A DNA stretch of 44,169 bases from a virus (taxonomy: Duplodnaviria > Caudoviricetes): positions 1 through 44,169 of the IMG/VR virus record IMGVR_UViG_3300049893_001276. One strand, written 5' to 3'. Position 1 is the first letter of the stretch. Every line of letters starts with the position of its first letter. Of the stretch, positions 1 through 10,700 are shown in pieces. The position numbers and the translations under genes were made by a program. The notes below the pieces were generated by a model that worked only from the letters and a program-made list of their open reading frames with translations, ran no database searches and was not told the origin of the DNA.

Positions 1-204
1 TTGCAAGCCTGGGACCAATCGGTTGAGGACGGCACTACCACCGGCAAGGCTTATTGCTCGCTTCACGCGGCGCGCCAAAATGAAACAATGGGTGCAGGGG
101 ATGTGTGGTACTACCGCGGCGGGCAGGTTGAATACCTGCACACCAGCGCCTACACGCTTGTTGAAACCGCAGGCACCGCAACGGGCTACTCATCCCTGAT
201 CTGT
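1..204. repeat. Terminal direct repeat / circular overlap, left copy
   Basis: 1..204 aligns with 43966..44169, with 6 mismatches all within 81..105. Confidence 0.97.
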
Positions 205-1287
205 GACACCGACGGCGCGATCTTTGGGGATTCATCGCCAGGCCGCACCGTAATCCGCTGGCAGCGCGCACGCACCACCGCCTACACTCCGAGCTCTTTC
301 ACTCTAACTAAAGGCTTCGATTTCGGTTGCTATGGAAACGGCGACGCTCGCCACATTCGTGTTTCCATCCAGGCCACTCATGTGCTTTTCGAGAATTGTC
401 GCTGGCTTTATTCACTCGGTGGCTGGACCGGCGATTCTCATTGTATGGAGCTTTTCGAGGCGGGCGACCGCTGGGCTGAGTTTGTGGACTGTGAATTTGA
501 GCAGTCGGGCCAGACCTATTTGCAGCTAGGGAGCACGGGCCGCGGCGTTGATGGCGGAGCCGTGTTCACCCGCTGCCGATTCTTCAAAGACAACACCACA
601 GCAGGCGGCGCGGTAATGGCCCCATCGGGGGGCAGCGCTGGCATTATCTACTTCGAGGACTGTGACTTCGGCTATGACGGCAGCGGAAACAGCCGTCCGC
701 TTTCCTCCATCTTCGGTTCAAGCGGAGTGTGTGTGTACCTGCGCGGGGGGCGCTTCAATGCCACCACCGTAGGGCCGACACTTGGAGGCGACGGCAACAT
801 GGGCCGCTACTTCTGCGAGGACTGGAACGACACGCCCGGCGACAACCGGCACATCACGAACGCCGGGGTTGTGCAGAGCGAGACTAGCACGGTGCGCTCG
901 GGTGGGGGTGATAAGTCGCTCAAGATGGTGCCGAACAGTTTTATCGGTATCAACCACCAGCTTGTCGCTGGCATGTTTCCGTTCGAGATTCCAGTGAAGT
1001 GTACCGCAGCCTCCACCACCATCACCGTCTACCTTAACACTTACGGCTATACCACTATGCCGACCGCCGCCGAGCTTTATATCGAGGTTTCATACCTTAA
1101 CCACGCGACCCGCGCCACGCGCGCGCGCGTTGTCTCGACCGACGTCGTGTCGTCAAATGGTTCTTGGACCGCCTTTGACGTGACGTTCACGCCAGCACAG
1201 GCGGGGCTTGCTTATGTGGATGTGCACCTTACCAAATACGAGGCCAGCAGCGGGGTTTACGTTGACCCCGTGCCGGTTAAGAGCTAA
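1..1287 (+). CDS. 3' part of a ~511-aa virion protein, possible beta-helix tailspike/receptor-binding protein; gene begins at 43717 and wraps around
   Basis: In frame with ATG 43717 through the terminal overlap; repeated F(E/V/T)(N/D/R)CxF/W motifs typical of parallel beta-helices; lies in the structural operon. Confidence 0.65.
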   Translation: MQAWDQSVEDGTTTGKAYCSLHAARQNETMGAGDVWYYRGGQVEYLHTSAYTLVETAGTATGYSSLICDTDGAIFGDSSPGRTVIRWQRARTTAYTPSSFTLTKGFDFGCYGNGDARHIRVSIQATHVLFENCRWLYSLGGWTGDSHCMELFEAGDRWAEFVDCEFEQSGQTYLQLGSTGRGVDGGAVFTRCRFFKDNTTAGGAVMAPSGGSAGIIYFEDCDFGYDGSGNSRPLSSIFGSSGVCVYLRGGRFNATTVGPTLGGDGNMGRYFCEDWNDTPGDNRHITNAGVVQSETSTVRSGGGDKSLKMVPNSFIGINHQLVAGMFPFEIPVKCTAASTTITVYLNTYGYTTMPTAAELYIEVSYLNHATRATRARVVSTDVVSSNGSWTAFDVTFTPAQAGLAYVDVHLTKYEASSGVYVDPVPVKS

Positions 1288-2036
1288 TGGCCGAGGTATA
1301 TTTTCGAGGCAGTTTACCGATCATCGAGGGCGTGCTTGCCGATCAGCAGGACGTCCAATTCCAGGCCGGTATCCCGTACACCAAGATCACCGCGGATAGC
1401 GGGAACCAAACAGTCAGCGTCCCTGCCGGGGCGCTTCTCCTTAGCGGCAAAATCCCAACCGTTACGGCATCGGATCACAAGGTCGTCGCCGTCCCCGCTG
1501 GGTCGCTTACTCTAACGGCAAACGCCCCGACCGTTTCGGTCCAGGCTAATACAACCGTCGCAGTGCCTGCGGGATCACTGACGCTGACGGGCTTTGCGCC
1601 TACGGTTTCAGTTTCGAACAATATCTCCGTCGCAGTGCCCGCGGGTTCGCTGACTCTGACGGGGAATGCTCCAACGGTTACAGCCTCGGGCAGCCAGTCT
1701 ATTGCTGTCCCGGCCGGGGTGCTGACGCTTGTAGGACAAACACCTACAGTGGCGGCAGGGGGTGGGGCCACGGTATCTGTGCCGGCCGGCTCGCTTTCGC
1801 TGACCGGGAATGCCCCAACGGTTACAACAACGGCGCACCAGATCGTATCCGTTCCAGTCGGGAGTCTGACGCTGACGGGACAGACGCCAACAGTGACCAC
1901 CACATCCAGCGCGCTGATCAACGTCCCGGTCGGGACCCTCACGCTGGTCTCTTATGGCTTCGACGTTATTGCAGGCGACGGCTCGGCTGGGAGCTCTTAT
2001 AATTATCCAATAGCGCGGCGCAAAAGGAGACTTTGA
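1287..2036 (+). CDS. Repetitive fibre-like virion protein (8 x 24-aa VPAGSLTLTG repeats, basic C-terminus)
   Basis: 72-bp periodicity from 1419 to ~1990; ends in ARRKRRL; TAATG coupling to the upstream gene. Confidence 0.7.
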   Translation: MAEVYFRGSLPIIEGVLADQQDVQFQAGIPYTKITADSGNQTVSVPAGALLLSGKIPTVTASDHKVVAVPAGSLTLTANAPTVSVQANTTVAVPAGSLTLTGFAPTVSVSNNISVAVPAGSLTLTGNAPTVTASGSQSIAVPAGVLTLVGQTPTVAAGGGATVSVPAGSLSLTGNAPTVTTTAHQIVSVPVGSLTLTGQTPTVTTTSSALINVPVGTLTLVSYGFDVIAGDGSAGSSYNYPIARRKRRL

Positions 2037-2641
2037 TGGCATCACAAACCGAAATCTGCAACCTTGCGCTTTCGCATATTGGCTCCGCTAAGGAGATCAC
2101 CAACATTGAAACCGAGCGGTCCCAGGAGGCGCTTGCCTGCCGGCGGTATTACACGATCGCGCGCGACATGGTCCTGCGCGATTTCGAGTGGCCGTTTGCC
2201 ACGCGCCTCGTTGCCCTCGGTCTAGTAGAGAGCGACCCTAACGATGAGTGGCGCTATTCATACCGCTATCCGACAGACTGTCTGTTTTTTAGGCGCATTC
2301 TAAGCGGCGTGCGGAACGAGCGTCCGGATCAGCGCATCCCGCACAAGATAGCATCCGACGACACAGGGAAGCTGATATACACCGACCAGCAGAGCGCCGA
2401 GGCGGAGTACACGATTCTTATCAGCAACACGGACGAGTACCACCCTGACTTTGTGATGGCCCTCTCGTATATGCTGGCGTCCCTTGTGGCGTCGAGGCTC
2501 ACGCAGGGCGATCCTCTGAAGCTGGGGACACACATGCTTAAGCTCTACGAGTACGCGATCACCAAGGCCCAGGCATCAGCAGCTAACGAGGAAAACCAAG
2601 GCCCGGAGCCAGAGTCCAGCCTAGCCGCATCGAGGGAATAA
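2036..2641 (+). CDS. Head-tail adaptor / tail tubular protein A (T7 gp11-like)
   Basis: EICNLALSHIG...RD.VL...WPFA...Y.YP.DCL motifs; position before the nozzle gene. Confidence 0.85.
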   Translation: MASQTEICNLALSHIGSAKEITNIETERSQEALACRRYYTIARDMVLRDFEWPFATRLVALGLVESDPNDEWRYSYRYPTDCLFFRRILSGVRNERPDQRIPHKIASDDTGKLIYTDQQSAEAEYTILISNTDEYHPDFVMALSYMLASLVASRLTQGDPLKLGTHMLKLYEYAITKAQASAANEENQGPEPESSLAASRE

Positions 2642-2961
2642 TGGAATTAACCAGCATGAAGGCATCCAAGAGCGATAAGAACAAAACGCCGTCCCCGGAG
2701 GTCGCTGGAGACAGTGAGTATCCATACGGCCTTTCGATCAATTTGAACAGCGAGTCCATAGAGGCGCTCGGCCTGACAACCATCCCCGACGTTGGATCAT
2801 GCTATATGGTCATCGCGCGCGCCGAGGTTAAGTCGACGTCCACGAGCGAGTACGACGGGGAAGGAAAGCAGTCGAACATATCGCTGCAGATAACCGACAT
2901 GGCTCTAGAGAAGGAATCTAAGAAGAAGCCTATGGCGCAGCGCATCTACGGAGACGAATAA
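2641..2961 (+). CDS. Capsid staple/cement protein, epsilon15 gp10-like
   Basis: YPYGL.I.L..ES...LGL...P.VG...A.V.S.S...LQITDM pattern recalled from epsilon15 gp10. Confidence 0.75.
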   Translation: MELTSMKASKSDKNKTPSPEVAGDSEYPYGLSINLNSESIEALGLTTIPDVGSCYMVIARAEVKSTSTSEYDGEGKQSNISLQITDMALEKESKKKPMAQRIYGDE

Positions 2962-2962
2962 C

Positions 2963-5548
2963 GTGGCCTCAATAGCACAGCGCAGTTTTGCTGGTGGCGA
3001 AATCACCCCGTCGCTGTACGCGCGCGTGGACATGGTCAAATATGCCACGGGACTTCGGACCTGTCGCAACTTTATGATCATGCGTCACGGCGGGGCTTCG
3101 AACCGCCCGGGCACGACGTTCGTCGGAGAGGTCGAGGACTCCAGCAAAACCGTCAAGCTGATCCCGTTTATTTTCAACGCTGACCAGACCTATGTGCTTG
3201 AGTTTGGCGACCAGTATATGCGCGTCCACCGCAACGGCGTGCAGCTTACCAACGCGGCTCAAAATATAACCGGCATCACCAACGCGAACCCGGCCGTGCT
3301 GACATACTCTGGCGCGGACAACTATGCCAATGGCGACGAGGTTTATATCAGCGGCGTCGTCGGGGCGATGAGCTCGTTCGTTAACAACAGAAATTTTAAG
3401 GTCGCAAACGTTAACACGGGCACCAATACGTTCGAGCTTCAGTATATGGACAGCACGAACGTCAACAGCACGGCCTTCGGCTCGTACACGTCTGGCGGGA
3501 CGATCGAAGAGATATACCAAATCAGCACGCCTTACGTTGAGGCGGACCTCGCAGAGCTGCAGCATATCCAGTCGGCTGATGTGATCACGATCGTGCATCC
3601 TAGCTATGCACCAAGGGAGCTTTCCCGATCGGGGCACACGAGCTGGACGCTCTCGACGATTACCTTCGCCCCTAGCATCGCAGCCCCCACAGGCGTCACG
3701 AACAGCGGGGCCGCCGGCTCCACGACGCAGTGGGTTGTGACGGCCATCGCTGAGGAAACATTCGAGGAAAGCCTCGCGTCGTCGTCTACAGGGTCGAGTG
3801 CTACGCCGTCGAGCGGGTCACCCATTACGGTTTCTTGGAGCGCCGTATCCGGGGCGCAGGAGTACAACGTCTATAAAAACTCGAACGGCATCTATGGGTT
3901 TATCGGGATCGCCGGCAGCACGTCGTTCGTTGACAACGGCATTACGGCCGACACGGCCGAGGCCCCTCCGACGGCGCGCAATCCATTTAACGCAACAGGG
4001 GACTACCCGTCTGCTGTGACGTATTACCAGCAGCGCCTCGGCTTCGCCAACACGGACAACGACACCGAGAAGGTTTGGTTCTCGCGGTCCGCGAACTTCA
4101 AAAACTTTACCGTCAGCTCCCCGCTGCAGGACGACGACGCCGTCACGTTCACCGTTGTCGGGCGCCAGGTCAACGAGGTGCGGCACATGCTAGACCTCGG
4201 GAAGCTCCTTATCCTAACAAGCGGAGGGGAGTGGATCGCCGAGGGGGACGAGGCCGGCGTGCTTAAGCCGACGGCGATCAACGCCAGGCAGCAGTCCTAC
4301 AACGGGTCCAGCACGCTTCCGCCTCTTGTCGTCGGGAACAACGCTCTATACGTTCAAGCGCGCGGGACAATCGTGCGCGACCTCGGGTACGATCTGGAAT
4401 CCGACGGCTATAGAGGGAACGACCTGACGATATTCGCGGCGCACCTTTTCGACGGATACACGATCAGCAACTGGGCGTTCGCTCAAATCCCGCACTCGAT
4501 TATTTGGGCGGCTCGCAGCGACGGAACGCTTATCGGCATGACCTACGTCCGGGAGCACCAGCTTTGGGCATGGCACCGCCACGACTTCGACGGACTTGTC
4601 GAGAACGTTTGCGTCGTACCGGAGGGCACCGAGGACGTGCTTTACATGGTCATTAAGCGCACAATCGATGGGGCCACGAAGCGATACGTTGAGCGCATGG
4701 CCAGCCGGCGATTCGACGACGTGATCGACTCCATCTTCTTAGACAGCTCCCTTTCCTACGACGGGCGCAACACCGACGCCGCGCACACAATGACGCTCTC
4801 TGGCGGGACGACGTGGGTCTACACGGAAACCCTGACGCTAACGTCCAGCGCGTCCTACTTTGCGTCGACTGACGTCGGGAATCAAATACACCTCACCGGG
4901 GACGATGGGACCATAATCCGCTGCACGATCACCGGCTATACGAGCCCGACGGTTGTATCCGTGACTCCGAACATTACTGTCCCGGTCGCTATGCGATCTG
5001 CGGCTATCAGCGATTGGGCAAAGGCGGTCGATGAGATAACCGGGCTCTGGCACCTAGAGGGCAAGAGTGTGAGCGTTTTTGCAGATCGGTTTGTCGTGGC
5101 CTCACCGAACAACTCGGCATACGAGCTAATCACAGTCAGCGATGGCAGCATCACTCTCGACAAGCCGTACACCGTCATCCATGCGGGGCTCCCGGTAACG
5201 GCGGACCTTCAAACGCTAAACATCGACACAGCCGACGGGGAAACGCTGTCGGATAAGAGGAAGCTGATCACCACGGTTAATATTTTCGTCGAGTCCTCCC
5301 GCGGCATTTGGGCCGGCGCCGTCCCTCCGACGGATGACTCGGTCGACCCGATCGAGGGCTTAGTCGAGCTGAAGCTCCGCAATCAGGAGGGCTACGACGA
5401 CCCGGTCGCCCTTAAAACAGAGGTCGTTGATGTGAAGATTCAGGCGGAGTGGAACTCGAATGGGCGTGTCTTTATTCGGCAAATTGATCCAATCCCGCTC
5501 TCGGTCCTCGCCGTGATCCCGGCGGGGCTGGTGCCATTCAGGGGGTAA
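2963..5548 (+). CDS. Tail nozzle / tail tubular protein B (T7 gp12-like)
   Basis: N-terminal QRSFAGGEI.P.L..R.D motif, P.AV.YYQQRL.F and AWHRH motifs; size and position. Confidence 0.88.
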   Translation: MASIAQRSFAGGEITPSLYARVDMVKYATGLRTCRNFMIMRHGGASNRPGTTFVGEVEDSSKTVKLIPFIFNADQTYVLEFGDQYMRVHRNGVQLTNAAQNITGITNANPAVLTYSGADNYANGDEVYISGVVGAMSSFVNNRNFKVANVNTGTNTFELQYMDSTNVNSTAFGSYTSGGTIEEIYQISTPYVEADLAELQHIQSADVITIVHPSYAPRELSRSGHTSWTLSTITFAPSIAAPTGVTNSGAAGSTTQWVVTAIAEETFEESLASSSTGSSATPSSGSPITVSWSAVSGAQEYNVYKNSNGIYGFIGIAGSTSFVDNGITADTAEAPPTARNPFNATGDYPSAVTYYQQRLGFANTDNDTEKVWFSRSANFKNFTVSSPLQDDDAVTFTVVGRQVNEVRHMLDLGKLLILTSGGEWIAEGDEAGVLKPTAINARQQSYNGSSTLPPLVVGNNALYVQARGTIVRDLGYDLESDGYRGNDLTIFAAHLFDGYTISNWAFAQIPHSIIWAARSDGTLIGMTYVREHQLWAWHRHDFDGLVENVCVVPEGTEDVLYMVIKRTIDGATKRYVERMASRRFDDVIDSIFLDSSLSYDGRNTDAAHTMTLSGGTTWVYTETLTLTSSASYFASTDVGNQIHLTGDDGTIIRCTITGYTSPTVVSVTPNITVPVAMRSAAISDWAKAVDEITGLWHLEGKSVSVFADRFVVASPNNSAYELITVSDGSITLDKPYTVIHAGLPVTADLQTLNIDTADGETLSDKRKLITTVNIFVESSRGIWAGAVPPTDDSVDPIEGLVELKLRNQEGYDDPVALKTEVVDVKIQAEWNSNGRVFIRQIDPIPLSVLAVIPAGLVPFRG

Positions 5549-5550
5549 CG

Positions 5551-6075
5551 ATGGGTGTATCCGCAGCAATTTTAGCAGGAGCCAGCACGGTCGCTACGAT
5601 CGGCTCGACCTATAGCCAGTACAAAGGCATCAAGGCCCAGGGCGATTACGAGCAGGGCGTCTACTCGCGCAACGAGGGGATGTCGAAGCTGATGGCCGAG
5701 GACGCCATATTCCGCGGCAAGAAGGCCGAGAAAAGCCAGCGCGAGACGATCAGGCAGACCATAGGCAGCCAGCGCGCCGCGCTTGCCGCTCAGAACGTGG
5801 ACTTGGAGTCAGGGTCTGCCCTTGACGTTCAGCAGGACACGGCTGCTCTTGGCGCCGAGGACGTTTTGGCGATCCGCAACAACGCCTGGCGCGAGGCGTG
5901 GGGTTACCGTGTGCAGGCATCCGAGTACGCGGCTGGGCGCGAATACGCGCGGATCAGCACGAACATGGCATCGAAAAACACCATCCTGACTGGCGGGCTG
6001 CAGATTGCCAACACCTGGGCGAATTATGCCAATGCAAGTGGGGCTAAGGTTCCCAAGAAAACAGGGAGAGAGTGA
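5551..6075 (+). CDS. Small internal virion/ejection protein (T7 gp14-like)
   Basis: Hydrophobic N-terminus, G.QRA..AA..V...SGS..DV motif, first of three ejection genes after the nozzle. Confidence 0.75.
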   Translation: MGVSAAILAGASTVATIGSTYSQYKGIKAQGDYEQGVYSRNEGMSKLMAEDAIFRGKKAEKSQRETIRQTIGSQRAALAAQNVDLESGSALDVQQDTAALGAEDVLAIRNNAWREAWGYRVQASEYAAGREYARISTNMASKNTILTGGLQIANTWANYANASGAKVPKKTGRE

Positions 6076-7778
6076 TGCCAACAGTCCCCGCTTATAGACG
6101 AAACGGAACGGCTCTAGAGTCAGTCCGACCGCCGCGCGCGACGTCCCAGGCATCCCCGGAGGCTTTTGGTATAGGAGAGTCCTCGGCGGCGCGTGATCGG
6201 GCAACGCAGCAGCTTGCCGATACTGGATTCAAAATATACCAGGCTGAGAAGCAGAAGGCCGACGACATTGCATTCTCCGACGCCGATATGCGCGCATCGG
6301 AGGCACAGCTCCGCATTGAGAACGAAGTGCGCGAAATGCGCGGCAAGGACGCGGCGCGCGGGCCCGACGACGCTTTGGTTAAGTGGACCAAGGCTTCCGA
6401 AGAAATCCGCGCTGGCATGGCCAACGACGTGCAGCGGGAGGCTATAAGCAAGGCCCTGAAGCTTCGGTGGGTGAACCTGAACAAGGTTACGCAGGAGCAC
6501 ATGGCTACGGAAACGCGCCGGTACGATGACGAGCAGTCCGAGGCGTACATCAAAACATCGCGCGATGAGGCCATCCAGAACTACACCGACCCGATGCGGA
6601 TAGAGCTTGCGGTGTACCAACAGCGGGCGGCCATCGCTAAGTATGCAGAGCGCAATGGGCTGCCGGCTGAGTGGCAGAAGATGAAAACGCAGGAGGCCGT
6701 TACTGCTACGCACGTCGGGGTTATCAACCGGATGCTGGCAAACGGTGAAGATCAGCGGGCGTCGGAGTATTACAAAACTGTTAAGGACAACGTTTCGGGT
6801 GATGCATCCGTCGCTGTCGAGAAGGCGCTCGAGGAGGGCTCAACGCGAGGCGAGGCAACGCGCAAGGCCGACAGCATCGTTGGGACGGCTCCTACTAGAG
6901 CAGAGGCGCTCGACATGGTTCGTGGCATCGAGGACCCCAAGCTGCGGGATGAAACACGCAAGCGCGTGAACGAGTACTTTGATGACAAGAAAAACGCCGA
7001 AGCAGAGGCGCGCGACCAGGCGGTTACGGATGCGGCAAATCTCGTCGAGGGTGCGAAGAGCGCAGATGTTGTCCCGCCGGCGATATGGATGCAGCTTACT
7101 GTTGGCGAGCGGTCGGCGCTTGAGTCGCGCGCACGCCAGTTGCGGTCGGGCATTGACCCGGGCACGGATTGGCAGACCTACTACGACCTCAAGAGCCTGG
7201 CGTCAACCGATGAAACGCGCACGCAGTTTCTGCGGACGAACCTGATGCTGCTTCGCGGGAAGCTCTCCGAGCCAGAGTTTAAGGAGCTCATCGGTATCCA
7301 GGCGTCCATGCGCCAGGGTGGGGAAGAGGCCGAGAAGAAGCTCGTCGGGTTCCGAACCGCCAAGCAGATCGTGGACGACTCCCTGGCGGCTGTGAAAATT
7401 GACCCATCGCCTAAGCCGGGCAGGGTCGCGGAGAAGGTGGCGCTGTTTCGGCGCCTTGTTGACGAGCAGATTCAGGCGCGCCAGGCAGAAACCGGCCGAG
7501 AGGTTAAGGGCGAAGAGGTCCAGCAAATTGTGGATAACCTGTTGATAAAGGGATATGTCCCCGGGACAGGCTTCTTCGGGGCGTTCAAAAAGCAGCGTCG
7601 GGCTTTTGAGCTGGGAGCCGGCGACAGCATCGTCATCGATCCGGACGAGGTCCCCAGGGCGGAGAGAGAGAAAATTACGGAGGCCCTGCGACGGCGCGGG
7701 ATGCAGGTTACCGAGGAAAAGATCGTCGAATACTACACGAGGAAGCTGCAACTCATGGTGACCAATGCCGGTGAATGA
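6075..7778 (+). CDS. Internal virion/ejection protein (T7 gp15 position)
   Basis: Highly helical 567-aa protein between the small and giant ejection genes; TGATG coupling. Confidence 0.65.
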   Translation: MPTVPAYRRNGTALESVRPPRATSQASPEAFGIGESSAARDRATQQLADTGFKIYQAEKQKADDIAFSDADMRASEAQLRIENEVREMRGKDAARGPDDALVKWTKASEEIRAGMANDVQREAISKALKLRWVNLNKVTQEHMATETRRYDDEQSEAYIKTSRDEAIQNYTDPMRIELAVYQQRAAIAKYAERNGLPAEWQKMKTQEAVTATHVGVINRMLANGEDQRASEYYKTVKDNVSGDASVAVEKALEEGSTRGEATRKADSIVGTAPTRAEALDMVRGIEDPKLRDETRKRVNEYFDDKKNAEAEARDQAVTDAANLVEGAKSADVVPPAIWMQLTVGERSALESRARQLRSGIDPGTDWQTYYDLKSLASTDETRTQFLRTNLMLLRGKLSEPEFKELIGIQASMRQGGEEAEKKLVGFRTAKQIVDDSLAAVKIDPSPKPGRVAEKVALFRRLVDEQIQARQAETGREVKGEEVQQIVDNLLIKGYVPGTGFFGAFKKQRRAFELGAGDSIVIDPDEVPRAEREKITEALRRRGMQVTEEKIVEYYTRKLQLMVTNAGE

Positions 7779-10700
7779 GTACGACGAAATCATTTCAGGG
7801 GGCAAGGTTCCGAACAACGGCAACGAATATCTTCAGATGGCGGAGGAGGACGGGGCCGACCAGCGCAGCAATCTGCAGCAGTCTTTGTTCAGCGCAAGCA
7901 CAGCGGACCCGGCGCGCATGGCGCAGATCGACGAAATGGCCCGCAAGGCCAAGCTGCCGACTGCGGTTGTTGAGCGCAACTTTGACGAGGTAAGCCGGCG
8001 GTCGTCCCTTGAGGATATCGACTACGACAAGATCATAGACCAGACCCCCGCCCTGGCATCATGGCTTGAGGACCCTGAGAACGCGGCCGTTGGCCGTGAC
8101 GACATCGAGGCCCTCGGCAAGCTCGAGCGCGGCGCCAGGCGCATACTCCCCAAATCAGCAGACCCGAGCCGTGGGGCATTCGGCCGTGCCATAGCTACCG
8201 GCTGGAGCGACCTTACCGCCTCCACATGGCACCTCGCCGCCGTCTATGGGCTCACAGACCCAGCAGAAGCAGCACAACGCGTTGCCGAGGCTAACGCCAA
8301 GGCAGGGACGCTGCGGGCACAGAAGCCTCCATACGCGCTCGAATTCGACCAGATCATGCAGGACGAGGGGGGCGACGTAGACCGGGCGGTTGAGCGATTC
8401 AAGAGCTCCTTTGGCGAAATGCAGGACGGGCGGATATACCAGGGACTCATCGACTACAACGCCGGCAAGATTCAAACCGTAGCCGAGGGGCTAGAGATGC
8501 TCTGGTCAGCCGTAAGCCGGCCGCAAGGGTTGGCTTATTCTTCCCTGGAAAGCCTGGCGCATTCGTTCCCGAGCCTGGTTACCGGCGCTGGGTTTGCTGC
8601 CGCAGGAGCGGCTCTCGGCCCGCAGGCATCCGCGGCATCCGGGATTGCCGGGCTTATGGCTGGGACATTCATTGGCGAGACCCCCGTTGAGGTCGGAGCC
8701 TGGATCAACCAGGCAATGGCCGAGCGCGGAGTTGATATCACATCGGCCGAGGGGGTTGCGGCGGCGTATTCGGACGCGGCTCTGATGGCTGAGATTCGCG
8801 GGGAGGCGGAGCGCAAGGGTATTACCACCGCCGGGGTTGACGCGCTGTTTTCGGCTTTTGCCGGTAAACTAGCTGCCGGCGGGCTTACCTCTAAGGCTAT
8901 TGGAAAAGCGACAAAAACGGCCCTCGTTGCCGCTGATGTTGCGACCCAGGCCGTAGGGGAGGGGGCCAGCGAGTTTGCTGGCCAGGTGGCCGCACGCAAT
9001 GGCCTGCAGGGGGTATCCGTAGGGGAGGCCATCCAGGAGGGCATCGTCAGCCTTGGGCATAGCGTTGGGGACACCGTCGTTGGTACGAGCGTGCGGAGGG
9101 CCTTTAGCCTGGAGCCGGGTGCGGCTGCTGGGGAAATGCTCACCGAGACGGAGCGGGCGCTTAAGGCCCTCGGTGGGGCGAGAGCTCTTGAAGAGGTCGG
9201 CGCCGCGGTAGGCGAGCTTAAGAACGCACAGAACGCTCCAGAGCGCCTCCAGGCGCTAATTGAGACAGCCGGCGGGACGGAGGGCGGGGCGGTTTACTTC
9301 CAGGCCGCACAATGGGACGAGTACTGGCAGGCCCAGGGACTATCCCCGGCTGCAGCGGCGGCTCAAATCCTCGGCGACAACGGCAAGGCATACTACGAGG
9401 CCAAGGCGGCGGACGGCCAGATGGCTGTTCCGCTTGCCGACTACGTGGCGAAGGTTGCCACGAGCGAGCACTTTGAAGGGCTGCTGCCGGCTGCGCGCAC
9501 GAGTCCCGATGGCATGAGCTTGCGGGAGGCGTCCGAGTTTCTAAAGGCGCTCCCGGCCACGATGGATGAACTGGCGGCCGAGGCTGCCGGGAAAACCTCC
9601 CCGATCGATGAGGCTGACGAGCAGATCCGCTCTCAGGTAACTGAGCAGCTTATCCAGGCCGGCTTTGACCCGTCTACGGCCGAGACCTATTCGCAGGTTT
9701 ATTCCGGAATCCGCGTCATGGCGGAGCGCGCTGGCGTTGACCCGCAGGAGCTGTACGAACGCTATGGTCTGCAGATTCGGCGATTTGAGGGCGCCCAGGA
9801 TGCCCCAGGCGGGGCGATCTCCCAGGGGCCAGGTAGTCCCCTACCCGGTGAATTCACCGGACAGGCATGGCGCGCGCCTACCGGGTACAGGCACGGGGCC
9901 AAAGACACCGCCGCCGATGTCGTGAGGTTTGAGACCGAAGAGCTCGGGAACGATCTAGCTGTCCCGCCAGACGTCATGGCGGAGCTTGCCGGCAGGGCCG
10001 CTTCTGACATTGTTTGGGTGACGCGGAAGAAATCTGACGCAGCCCGCTATGGGAAACCAGAACAACAGCAGATGCCGCCTGGATCGCGCATTATTGCGGA
10101 GGACGGGGATGGCGGGTATTTGGTGTTAAAGCCAAAATCTGTCACCGACACGCCTGAATTTAAGGCGTGGTTCGGCACCTCTAAGGTCGTTGATGAAAGC
10201 GGCCAGCCGAAGGTCCTATACCACGCGACGAGGGCGTCGTTTAGAAAATTCATGAAGAGGTTTAACCTGGCGGGGCACTTCGGGACCGTTGATGCCGCGA
10301 ACGATAGGACAACCGGGTTACGTGAGGACGCGCAGGTTCCTTTTGAAGAGGGCGGATTACGCGGCGAGAACATTATGCCGGTGTATCTGAGCATCCAGAA
10401 TCCCGTCCGGATGAAGGACGTCCACTTCGATGAATACGGCACCATGATCGAGGACCTCATAGAAAGCGGGACGTTAGAGCACAGCGATCTGCCTGTCCCG
10501 TTTGCCGCTCGGTATGATTTCAAAACGCGCAAAGCCGAGCAAGAGGCCATCACAGCGACCATTGAGGCCCTCAAGCAGAGGGGCTATGACGGCATCGTTT
10601 ATGAGAACCGCATCGAGGCCCCGGGGAGCGATTCGTGGATACCGTTCGAGCCGAATCAGATTAAGAGCGTGTTTAACCGCGGCACGTTCGACCCGAAGAG

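Noticed and set aside
1-204. Diversity-generating retroelement TR/VR pair, suggested by BPP-1-like genes and an imperfect repeat
   Set aside because: No reverse transcriptase ORF was recognised; mismatches are not adenine-specific (T/C twice, G/T once) and are mostly synonymous; the two copies are the same locus on a circle
1419-1990. CRISPR array or DNA-level tandem repeat
   Set aside because: The 72-bp period is conserved at protein level with degenerate codons inside an ORF; there is no repeat-spacer structure
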